Positions 1 to 11,934 of a DNA stretch of 64,000 nucleotides are shown piece after piece. The stretch's first letter is position 1; each line of letters opens with the position of its first letter. The notes under the pieces are model-generated. The model had not been told where the DNA came from, did not search any database, and worked only from the letters and a program-made list of their open reading frames with translations. The DNA comes from Mizuhopecten yessoensis (taxonomy: Eukaryota): contig NW_018408904.1 in the NCBI RefSeq assembly GCF_002113885.1, forward strand, positions 374,034 to 438,033. The letters are read 5' to 3'. Made by a program: the position numbers and the translations under genes.

Positions 1-224
1 CTAATCCGATGTTGCTGTCATGTTTATACAGCACTGTCCTTCATGTCAGTTTCATGTAAAGAGTTACACCTAACTAAAAACGATGTTCATGTGTTTTTTT
101 CCATTCCAGTTTTCTAATGTTCAATATCTACACGCACTTACTAGTTTGAATATGTATTAATGTTAACATTCAAGAGCTTGTCGTTTTAAATATGTACAAA
201 TAGTTTACATATATAAACAGAAAC

Positions 225-1102
225 CTAGCTTCGACTAGATCACTATCTTCTCCTAAACGCCAACGAGGATTTCAACCAAATTTAGTCTGAAGCATCACTA
301 GGGGAGGGCAATCATTTCTTAAATAAAGGAGTTTTGTACGACCCCTGAGGCAAGGGGGGCAGGCCCCTGAAGGGGAACTTAGCTAAATTTGCTTAAAAAC
401 GGATCTCCTTCTAAACACCAGAGAGGATTTCAACCAAATTTAGTCTGAAGCATCACTAGGGGAGGGCAATCATTTCTTAAATAAATGAGGTTGGTTCGAC
501 CCCTGAGGCCAAGGGGGCGGGGCCCTGAAGGTGAACTTAGCTGAAACTTCATTGAGGGAGGGCAATCTTTTCCTAAATAAGTGAGACTGGTTCGACCCCT
601 GGGGCTAGGAAGACCTGGCCCCAAAGAGGAAAATTATCGGATATTTTGCTTTAAGACGCTAATATCCCCTAATTGCCTGAATGGATTGTACAAAATCATT
701 ATTGAGGAAGAACAAACATTTCTTAATTGAATGAGTTTGATTTGACCCCTGCGGTCCTAAGAAATGTACAGCTAGATTATCATATTCTATGGTGTATTTC
801 TTTTGTAAATTATTAAAAATTGGTTTCTAGGTTTATAAAAGCTTATAGTTGAATGAAAATTAAAGCATTAGTCTAATTAAACCCTGTAATATGAAATACT
901 ACTTATTTCAAAATCTGTTAACTTGGCAACTCAATGGAAGCCTCTGATTAGTTGAAAGTCAGATATTGTGGTCCAAGTTGGGTTGGAACATAGATCTTGT
1001 CTGGTTTTGAGGAAATTTAATGTAAAGATGTACTAATGCATTCAGTCGTAATGACTTCAATATAAACCAGGTGAGCGATACAGGTCCAATGGACCTCTTG
1101 TT
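225..1102 (-). mobile_element. Non-autonomous Helentron/HINE-like element with ~158-bp internal core repeats (left boundary approximate)
   Basis: Ends in CAGGTGAGCGATACAGGTCCAATGGACCTCTTGTT (1068-1102), the reverse complement of the AACAAGAGG-palindrome-CTCACCTG terminus seen at 35428 and 40058. Core GAGGATTTCAACCAAATTTAGTCTGAAGCATCACTAGGGGAGGGC is repeated at ~265 and ~423 and resembles the cores at 55441-56950. Confidence 0.6.
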
Positions 1103-2939
1103 ATTGAATGTAAGTGAAATATTGTAAGAAAGACCAGCAACATTGTTACATAATGAAACATAAGTCTTATCAATAACATAACGTTACTAAATCTAAGCTA
1201 ACCAGTTCAAGATTTGACTCTATCATTATGAAGAAATTCAAAATCATTTCAGGAAGAAAAATATTGACCCAAACGTTCACATTCACTTAACGCTAGCTTG
1301 ACATCTATTGATGAACCATTTGTCTACTTGATGTATTTTTGCACATTTGCTATCGATAACGAAATTCATAGATAATCAATATTCCACTTCCAACTCAAAC
1401 ACAGTTTCACATTGCTTTATTACAAGTATAATGTAGAGAAGTTATTTGCAACAAAAAAACGTTTTACAAAGTCATAATTAAATAGGATCAGAGCTTAAGG
1501 CACTATATGGCATCGGTTTGTCATTAACAAATGTATTGGGTTTTCTGTTGGCACTTCCCCAATCTTAAAAGTCTTTAAGCCTTTAAGCTTTCGTCGATAC
1601 TTTTTTGCCTAACACAAATATTCCGTTATCTACAGCTTACAAAAGTTTTGTTAAAGTTCGAAATCAACAGCGATATTACATGTATTAATGTATAGGTATT
1701 GACATCTTTCAATCGGTTTATGTATTGTAACATTTAAATTGCTTCTATTTTGGAAATCTTCTTAACATATGGAACGTAGGAAACAACAACAAAATATGTC
1801 CACCAGAAAATATCAATTATATTCTTTATCCTTAACAGTTGGAACTATATTTAATAGTGCCATAACATTACGCAAATAATGTATCGTTCGCAAATACGAC
1901 AACAAAAGTTTGTAAACATGTCACCGTGTATAAGGCTGACACTCGATGGTCCTTGTTTACCTGTGAAGACACACAATGCCACGTAATGAGTACAGCTGTC
2001 CCGGCATTGTCTAATTAGGATTTCTTGTCACACCAAAGTGAAGTAAACAATCGATTTATTTACTTCGTGATAGGAACAATCATACCACATCATACCTTAG
2101 TTTTATAACCCTAATGAGGCACTTCCACTGCATAACACCGTCATCTCCTTTATCAACTCTTAATGACTATCTGTGTTTCCGTATTCAAAATGCTTCAATA
2201 CCATGTTCATCGATTTCAATTTGTGAATCTTTTGTGTAAATATTTGAAGGTTTTCAAAGGTTTAATGTCATGATATAAAACAATTAAATGTGCTCTACAT
2301 ACACATGGTATAGAAATTCATTGGGAACGAAGCGTTAAAACGTTAAAATCGTATTGACGTTGCATGTTCAGTTTGTTTACATATTCTGCGGCAGAGATTT
2401 TTAAATGAGCAACTTTCACTCTGTGGTAAATGGAAGCGAACTTAAAGACTCCCTGGTGTATTAATCAATCCTCTAACGACTGTTTCGGGACACCTGTCAA
2501 TGAACCATTAAATTATTGTTTGAATGGAAAAGCATTTACCTTGGTAATGATATTTGATAGTAATTAAGCAGAAATAATTTTATATTTTGTTTGAATGAAT
2601 ATAATAGAAATAACTTTGAATGTTAGTTCATTTAAGTTATCATTTGCAGTGAATTCTCTATATAAACACAAGGGAAATAATTAGAAGAGGAAATGTATTT
2701 CTATATTTTTTTGAATATGTGTCCATCCCAGACTTGTCTCCTCTCCGAATGTAGCAATAACGAGTCAATGAATTTATCGAAAATCAATACTAACAATGTC
2801 AGTTTATCGATCTTTAGTAATACACAAATGTACGACCAAAATATTTGAAATTCAATATTGACTTGGTGCTCGTTAGCAAACTGTGTAAGTGTCTGATTAG
2901 AGTATCATAATACATACAAAAGCTTGTAACGTATAATGT

Positions 2940-4365
2940 TTATTTCAACGTAATAAAATGCTGGTTACAGTCTGATAATAGAAAAACATATACATTACAT
3001 AGGAGATGTGGAAAGACTACCGAAATGTTTACTGTGGTATTTTGTATTTTAACCAAGTAGTCCTCCAGGTAAATCCTTGGCCGGGCATTAAATACAAATA
3101 TTATCACAAGTACACGCAAAAGCAAGATCCATGCTGAATGTCTACCCGCAGGTACCGGACATAAAGCCACTTGCTCTCAGTAACCAACATCTCCAACCTG
3201 GAGAACCATAATCACCAATCCCACTTTAGCTCCCAGGGATTCACTTGGCAAGCATTAATGGGTTGGTTACTATTAATTAGACTATGTACATTCCTGCCAC
3301 AAACTCCTAGGATACCACCATAGCGATTTTAAATTAGTCTGCTAGGGTAACCCCTAGCAACACTATTGACAAGTCAGTACACAGCCTGATAATATACAAC
3401 ACAAATATATATTACATTACAGAAAAATGTATAATTATATGCCTGCCCGCCATGTCCTGCCACTCGGGACTATCTATACAGTTCTGACATCCTCAAACAA
3501 AACACATCTGAGGTTGTACACCATGTTAGGTATAAAACATGTTCTAAGCAAACATAAATGCGTCAGTTTCCACAAATTTCTCAATAGCTCCTTGTAATGT
3601 GTTGATAAAAATGGGATTGCCAATATCTGTTAAATGTATTATATCGGTATGCATAATTACCCTGCCTCTGGGTCAATTTGGTGTTTGCCACGAAAGGAAT
3701 CACAGCTGGCCTGTGGGTGCCCCCAATGGCAATGTTTACAAATATGTTTAAACTTGCATTGATTGAACTTGCATTTATTGTCATTGTATGCATTACATTT
3801 ACAAGACTTCACGGCAGCACTACCCAATGGTGAACTTGCGTTATGGCTGGCCCCGCTCGTAACACGAGGTACAGCTATCAAACTCAGCCAAAGATCTTTA
3901 AAAGAGTTTAATTTTGACCATGACCGCAAAGAAATTGCCTGACGTAATCGAAACTGTTCGTCGCAGAAACGCCATCCGGCGCCTTGACACCTGGTAGCCG
4001 CAACCCGAATGATTGAAATATACTGAATCATTTCACATGTCTTATCGAGAAATTTACGCAAGTAAATATGCATAAATATTAGAAAAGCATCGGTCCACTT
4101 TTCAATTGTAGGAATTTTATCTTTTAAAAATCTTTTCAAAAAGAGACTAATTCCCGCATAAAAATCCTGTAGCTCTGTACTCCCCTTCAGTAACAAGGCT
4201 AAATGTATGTACTGATTAGACCAAATCTTCTGCCTAAGCTGTGCGAGCACATGTGTGGTTGTATTGTCATCCGCGTACGCTATCATATCCGGCACTGATG
4301 AGTTATACCTCATTCCCGCCGCTGCTCCCCCACCAAATGATGTAGAGGCTAGGCCTACAGGGAAT
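2940..4365 (-). mobile_element. Internally deleted Ngaro/DIRS-like tyrosine-recombinase retrotransposon remnant (boundaries approximate)
   Basis: Contains a gag-like ORF (3657-4313). A possible eroded YR C-terminal motif (W-K-x-D-A-F-like, TGGAAACTGACGCATTT on the minus strand, ~3585-3602 region reading toward 3586) follows it. No RT/RNaseH is visible. Confidence 0.55.
3657..4313 (-). pseudogene. Gag-like ORF1 of a Ngaro/DIRS retrotransposon with C-terminal Cys/His zinc fingers
   Basis: Motifs KIWSNQYIHLALLL, IEKWTDAFLIF, GWRFCDEQFR (W..YD..FR-like) and CNAYNDNKCKFNQCKFKHICKHCHWGHPQASC are typical of Ngaro/DIRS ORF1. The N-terminus is truncated at the poly-C/LINE junction. Confidence 0.7.
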
Positions 4366-4385
4366 NCCCCCCCCCCCCCCCCCCC

Positions 4386-6780
4386 GGGTCAAACTCCACT
4401 ACCCCGGTCAGAGCAACAACTACATCTGTGCATACTATAGACGACATGTATCTGACAAATGCCACAGTCATCATAGGAGAAGACCTGCACTTCCCAGGCT
4501 GGAACTGGACAAATAATGTCATCAAACCGGGAACCTCCAACATCCCTCTACACCACCAACTCAAAGACATGCTAGACAGTAATCACCTCGTCCAACTGGT
4601 ACACGAGAACACAAGAATGGAGAACACTCTGGACTTCCTCATCTCCAACGTATCCAGTATCGTCAAGCGTGTTTATATCTTGCCTGGAATCTCTGACCAC
4701 GAAATAGTGTTTGTCGAACTCGACATCAACCAAACCACTTTGAAACAGCGCCAACGCAAGATACCACTCTAAGAAAGAGCATATATGAACAGATCCAAGG
4801 AAGACCTACCTACTCTCCTCCATATATTTGAAGACATGTATTACACCACCACAGTTACTGCCAACGATATTTGGATAGTCTTCAAACAGGCAATCAACAA
4901 AGGAGTGACAGACCACATCCCACACAAACAGGCCAAAAGTAAAAACAGAAACCCATGGATCGACACAGACCTGAAAAAGATCAGACGACAAGGCAGGCTG
5001 TATAAGAGGGTGAAAAAGACGAAAGATCCCACCCTCGTGAAACCCTACAAAATGCTGAAGAGGGAGATCCAGAAGACACAGAGACGGGCATACTGGAGCT
5101 ATATAGATAACATCCTCACCCCCAATGAAGAAGATAGTTTCTCCGGTGGGCTAAAAGAGTTCTGGACTTTTATCAAACACAAGCGGAAGGACAAGTTTGG
5201 TATATCATCTCTGAAGAACGATGGCAAGCTGTACTCCGATCCAGTAGATAAGGCCAACCTTCTCAACCAACAGTCCAGTCCGCCTTCTCTGAAAAGACCA
5301 TCTGAGGAAGAATTTATTAAATCTGGGCGAGCAACATCTACACCAAACTTTCCCTGCATCTACAACACTGAGATCACCATCCACGGGATTGACAAGCTGT
5401 TCCGGACAAAGCACACAAAGCACCTGGACCAGATAACATCTCGCCACGTGCATTGAGGGAAACACACGAAATCACTGCCCCACTGCTCCACCTACTATTT
5501 CGGAAATCTCTAGCAACAGGTGTGATACGGATGACCGGCAGACTGCTAATGTAACCCCCGCCCCACACACCTTCAAGGAGGGACATAAGTACGATGCATC
5601 CAACTACAGGCCAATTTCCCTCACCTCTGTCTGCCGCAAAAAACAACAACATCTGATTAACAACATGGCTTTAGAAAGGGCAGATCATGTGAGACCAAAC
5701 TCATTGACTTTGTGGATGACATCACCAACAACCTTCAAGCAGGCCAGCAGACTGTCATACTGAGAATGGACTTTGCGAAAGCCGTCGACAAGGTCAACCA
5801 CAGTCTTCTCATCCACAAACTCAGAGATTATGGGATACGCGGAAAAATCAACTCCTGGATCGAAAACCGGCTGGCTGGAAGAGCACAAACTCCCCCCACC
5901 ACCACCATCTATTACATCAACGATCTGCATGATTCATTGAAGACACCATAGCCTATCTCACCATTACATCAGAGAACAGCGGTAAGACCCTACAGGAGGA
6001 CCTCGAAAAGCTGACTAAATGGGAACGGTTATGGTGTATGAAATTCCATCCTAACAAGTGTAACATCTTTAGACTCACCAACAAGAGAAACCCAACCAAG
6101 ACCAACTATCACTTACAGGGCCACTATCTGCAGGAGGTCAGCATAGCCCCCTACCTAGGTGTCACCATTTCCAACAACCTTAAATGGGACACCCATATTA
6201 AGAAGATAACAGGAAAGGCAAATAGAACCCTGAGCTTCCTACGGAGAAATATGAATATTACATCTACTCAGATCAGGATACTAGCATACAACGGCCTGGT
6301 CAGACCTTTGCTGGAATACGCATCATCCGCATGGGACCCGCACACCCAGCACAACATCCCGCACACCCAGCACAACATCCCGCACACCCAGCACAACATC
6401 CAACACATCCAGAGAAGAGCTGCAAGGTATGTCGCAAACCGTCATCGTAACACGTCCAGCGTCTCTGATATGCTTCATATGTTCGGGTGGAAACCACTAC
6501 AAGAAAAGAGGAAGGAAGCTAGACTAGTGATGTTATACAAGATTGACAGAGGTATGGTTGCCATCAGTAAAGAAGACAGACTGCTACCACCAAGACGACT
6601 TGCCAGAAACATCAACACCAGATCCTTCCAACTCCTACCTGCAGGACTGATTCAAGAAATATGTCTTTCTTTCCCAGAAAGGACAAAGGATGCGCTGTAT
6701 CCCACTGCGCATACTCAGACTGACCCTTCAGCGTCCCCTATCTTACAATTACTTTACCAACAGGGGTTGCTAACTGCTGT
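4386..6780 (+). mobile_element. Degenerate non-LTR retrotransposon (CR1/L2-group LINE): APE endonuclease plus RT remnants
   Basis: APE motifs IIGEDLHFPGWNW (GDFN-like), TRMENTLDF and ISDHEIV. PWI linker. RT motifs NYRPISLTSV (5602-5631) and MDFAKAVDKVNH. C-terminal MKFHPNKC, YLGV, ANRTLSFLRRN and LVRPLLEYASSAWDPH. There are multiple frameshifts and stops, and the GVPQG/YADD core is missing around 5880-5950. Confidence 0.88.
6338..6400 (+). repeat. 21-bp tandem triplication inside the LINE (PHTQHNI x3)
   Basis: CCGCACACCCAGCACAACATC is repeated three times. Confidence 0.9.
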
Positions 6781-7044
6781 CAGCTACATATCCATTATTC
6801 GAAAATCAAAATAAATTGCGTTTAGTTTGGAATGTATTTAAACGGCAGTATAAAAAAGTGTAATAAAAAGCGTAAATCAAACTCAAAATCAATAAGGCTG
6901 GGGCAAATTGCAACTAAAGAAAGATTTATATGGAGACTCTGGAAAAAGTACCAGCAGAATCAGACCATTACAGCTATGATACCCACCATGTATCTAGGTC
7001 AAGTCTCAAACGACTAACGAGAACGAAACAACAAGGTACACGTT

Positions 7045-7425
7045 ATACCACGCAATTACCAAGTTTACCTAAATATTTACTTCGTTATTTTGTCTTCATT
7101 TCACAAGTATTTCCAAGTTTACCAAAATGATTACTTCGATATCTTGTCTTTATTACACCAGGTATTTCTAAGTCTACCAAAATGTTTACTTCGATATTTT
7201 GTCCTTATAACAATTGGTATATCCAAGGCTACCAAAATGATTACTTCGATATCTTGTCTTTATTATACTAGGTATTTCGAAGTCTACCAAAAATGTTTTC
7301 TTCGATATTGTGTCTTCATTTTGCCAAGTATTCCCAAGTCTACCACAATGTTCACTTCGATATTTTGTCTTTATTATACCAGGTTTTCCCAAGTCTATCA
7401 AAATGTTTTATGATATTTTGTTTCC
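7045..7425. repeat. Degenerate 55-bp tandem repeat (~7 units)
   Basis: TACCAAAATG...TTCGATAT(C/T)TTGTCTT recurs at 7120, 7175, 7230 and onward. Confidence 0.8.
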
Positions 7426-8599
7426 TTGACGTGTCTTTGTTCCCTTCCAGGTGTCCTGCTATCCCGATTTGATATTCGATTTGTCTATGTCATCTGTATA
7501 ATATCGACAAATCATGAAAGTAACCTTGATTGAGTGACGAACGGAAGAATAATGGTTGACATTCTAAATGCAAATATGATATTCAAAATTAATTGTATGT
7601 GCACCAACTGTTTACGTAGTTCTATATATGAACTGCTGAGTCAACAGGGATACCAGCAACTGTTCGTTCGGGTCAATAATTACTCATTCCTGCGATACAG
7701 AGATGTGCAATGTCGATTGGTCGGTCGGTCGGCCGGTAGGTCTGAAGGACGGCAAGCCAACTTGACATTTATTCAAGAAGCAATGTAAATGTGTATTTGA
7801 AAAGATTATAAAAGATATTTGATATATCATAGCAGAAATCGTCAAAATAAGACAATTGTCTGTAATGTTTATGAGAGATCTTGTAATTAAATTTGTCAGA
7901 ATGCATAAATATCCCAAATCGAAAAAAATCCTTGAAAAAACAGGAACGTCAGGATAACATCTGAAACTGAGGAGACATTGTCTTATATAAGATATAATAT
8001 ATCTTTGATATAACATATTTTTTGTATGAAATATCTTAATTATATTAGATATCCTAAACATGTATAACGATTATCATATTTCATAGATTATATTCGAAGT
8101 GTTGACACATTAAAGATAAATAGAGATATGTTATAACGTAAATAAATATATTATAATTTTATTTCACAGAGTATAAGATATCTCATTCAATTGTATGAAA
8201 TGCAAGATCGGCCTTGTTTCTTGAATAAAGGTTGAATTGGTTTGTTTCTGAAAAGTAAAAAACATTTTACACTTGCAAGAATATATTTAAATAGTTTGCA
8301 ACAACTTTCTTTTTTAGGTAAGGTATTCGATTCTATATATACTTCATAAATGTTCATCATGTTTGTCTAGGTTCTTAACTAATAGCTACGGGGCAAACGA
8401 TCATTACATTATCCAGATAAACCCATTAATTACAAAGCAATCAGCATTGAAAGTCCTTTTTACGGAACACATACTAATCTTTTGATTGCATAAATAAAGC
8501 AAAATATTAAACATATATGACACAAAATGACAAAACAAAATGACAACACATATAAATCACGAAGTTTGAAAAAATGAGATCTGCGGAATATTATTTGCA

Positions 8600-11110
8600 A
8601 ATACTGACTGTGTATGTCAAAGTACGATAACATGGATGGTTGTGAATGCTAATATTGTCTGTGTACGTCACGGCAAGACAAAATATATGGTTGTGAATGC
8701 TAATATTTTCTGTGTACGTCACGGCAAGACAAAATATATGGATGTGAATGCTAATCTTGTCTGTGTACGTCACGGCAAGACAAAATATATGTTTGTGAAT
8801 GCTAATATTGTCTGTGTACGTCACGGAAAGACAAAATATATGGTTGTGAATGCTAATATTGTCTGTGGACGTCACGGCAAGACAAAATATATGGTTGTGA
8901 ATACTAATATTGTCTGTGTACGTCACGGCAAGACAAAATATATAGTTGTGAATGCTAATATTGTCTGTGTACGTCACTGCAAGACAAAATATATGGTTGT
9001 GAATGCTAATATTTTCTGTGTACGTCACGGCAAGACAAAATATATGGATGTGAATGCTAATATTGTCTGTGTACGTCACGGTAAGACAAAATATATGGTT
9101 GTGAATGCTAATATTTTCTGTGTACGTCACGGCAAGACAAAATATATGGATGTGAATGCTAATATTGTCTGTGTACGTCACTGCAAGACAAAATATATGG
9201 TTGTGAATGCTAATAGTGTCTGTGTACGTCACGGCAAGACAAAATATATAGTTGTGAATGCTAATATTGTCTGTGTACGTCACTGCAAGACAAAATATAT
9301 GGTTGTGAATGCTAATAATGTCTGTGTACGTCACGGCAAGACAAAATATATGATTGTGAATGCTAATATTGTCTGTGTAAGTCACGGCAAGACAAAATAT
9401 ATGTTTGTGAATGCTAATATTGTCTGTGTACGTCACGGAAAGACAAAATATATGGTTGTGAATGCTAATATTGACTGTGTACGTCACGGCAAGACAAAAT
9501 ATAGGGTTGTGAATGCTAATATTGTCTGTGTACGTCATGGCAAGACAAAATATATGGTTGTGAATGCTAATAATGTCTGTGTACGTCACGGCAAGACAAA
9601 ATATATGATTGTGAATGCTAATATTGTCTGTGTACGTCACGGTAAGACAAAATATATGGTTGTGAATGCTAATATTTTCTGTGTACGTCACGGCAAGACA
9701 AAATATATGGATGTGAATGCTAATCTTGTCTGTGTACGTCACGGCAAGACAAAATATAGGGTTGTGAATGCTAATATTGTCTGTGTACGTCATGGCAAGA
9801 CAAAATATATGGTTGTGAATGCTAATAGTGTCTGTGTACGTCACGGCAAGACAAAATATATGTTTGTGAATGCTAATAGTGTCTGTGTACTTCACGGCAA
9901 GACAAAATATATGGCTGTTAATGCTAATATTGTCTGTGTACGTCACGGCAAGACAAAATATATGGATGTGAATGCTAATATTGTCTGTGTACGTCACTGC
10001 AAGACAAAATATATGGTTGTGAATGCTAATATTTTCTGTGTACGTCACGGCAAGACAAAATATATGGATGTGAATGCTAATCTTGTCTGTGTACGTCACG
10101 GCAAGACAAAATATAGGGTTGTGAATGCTAATATTGTCTGTGTACGTCACGGTAAGACAAAATATATGGTTGTGAATGCTAATATTTTCTGTGTACGTCA
10201 CGGCAAGACAAAATATATGGATGTGAATGCTAATCTTGTCTGTGTACGTCACGGCAAGACAAAATATATGGATGTGAATGCTAATATTGTCTGTGTACGT
10301 CACGGAAAGACAAAATATATGGTTGTGAATGCTAATATTGTCTGTGGACGTCACGGCAAGACAAAATATATGGTTGTGAATACTAATATTGTCTGTGTAC
10401 GTCACGGCAAGACAAAATGTATGGTTGGGAATGCTAATATTGTCTGTGTACGTCACGGCAAAACTAAATATATGGTTGTGAATGCTAATATTGTCTGTGG
10501 ACGTCACGGCAAGACAAAATATATGGTTGTGAATACTAATATTGTCTGTGTACGTCACGGCAAGACAAAATGTATGGTTGGGAATGCTAATATTGTCTGT
10601 GTACGTCACGGCAAAACTAAATATATGGTTGTGAATGCTAATATTGTCTGTGTGCGTCACGGCAAGACAAAATATATGGTTGTGAATGCTAATATTGACT
10701 ATGTATGTCGAGGTAAAACGAAATTTGTGGTTGTGAATGTAGTTATTGATTGTGTACGTCACGATAGGATAAAATATATATGGTTGTGAATGTAGTTATT
10801 CACTGTGTACGTCACGGTAAGATACATTATATATGGATGTGAATGTATATATTGACTGTGTATGTCGAGGTAAAACAAATTATATGGTTGTGAATGTAGT
10901 TATTGAATGTGTACGTCACGGTAGGATAAAATATATATGGCTGTGAATGTAGTTATTGACTGAATATGTCACGATAAGATAAATGTGGTTGTGAATGTAA
11001 TTATTGACCGTGTACGTCAATGTAAGATCAAATTTGCTGTTGTGAAGGTAAAGATCGAGTGTGTATGTCGAGGTCAGATAAAAGGCAATAGATGTGGTCG
11101 TGAATGTATA
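8600..11110. repeat. 51-bp minisatellite, ~41 well-conserved units plus a degenerate right flank
   Basis: Unit GTGAATGCTAATATTGTCTGTGTACGTCACGGCAAGACAAAATATATGGTT. Units decay progressively from ~10690 to ~11110. Confidence 0.95.
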
Positions 11111-11742
11111 TAATTATTGACTTATATAGATTTGACATCAGCGGTGTCCTTACCACAGAAAGATCCTAGTTGTGACGTCACAATTAAAACAATGGGTATC
11201 TACAGTCAAATACAGCTCCACAGGGTGTTATCAAACGTGTATTCATCACAAAATTGATGTTACGCGTATTTGGACACTGATAACAGTAGATATAAGCTAA
11301 ACTGTTGCTTAATACTTGCTATTTCGCTCTGCTCCTTGTTCATTACAAGAAATACATGTTAAAAATTCTTGAAAATAATGAAAAGCAATGAAAAGCAATC
11401 TTCTATCATGAAAGATACCGAAATCGCAATGACGGAAATCAGACCTTGATAACAACTGTAAATCAAAGCCTTTTAAGTAGAAAACACATGGTTAAATGCC
11501 TTGTTGATGAACAGAACACGTCTATGCTAAACATCCTGATACGTAGATTAGGCTTCTGGTTAGCGAATCAAAGGTGACACGTTAACCCCATCAGCAGGAG
11601 TATATCATAGTGCTGGATCGATTTGTTGTCTTTTAGTGAAATATATATATATAGCCGACAGGGTTCAGGGATGTATAGTAGAGCAGTCAGTTTGCTGTAT
11701 GTATACAATAGTTAAATAGGATTCCATTTTGTATTGAAACAC

Positions 11743-11748
11743 TTTATT
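11743..11748 (-). terminator. Candidate polyadenylation signal (AATAAA) of the IR gene
   Basis: TTTATT on the plus strand, ~190 nt downstream of the predicted stop at 11935. Confidence 0.4.
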
Positions 11749-11934
11749 GCAAAAAATGTATAGATATATAAAAGAAGACATACCAGGAAATCATTTACAC
11801 GTTATACCCGTGACAAATCTTACACGGAATAGCGTTGATAAATGTAAACACCATAATGGTAAGATATTTTACATGACATAACGGGGATATATCTATATGA
11901 AATACCAGTTTCAAATATAACACAGTTCTTTTGT

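Noticed and set aside
4264-4280. YADD tetrapeptide in the minus-strand 3657-4313 ORF
   Set aside because: No surrounding RT motifs, and the ORF is gag-like, so this is a chance match.
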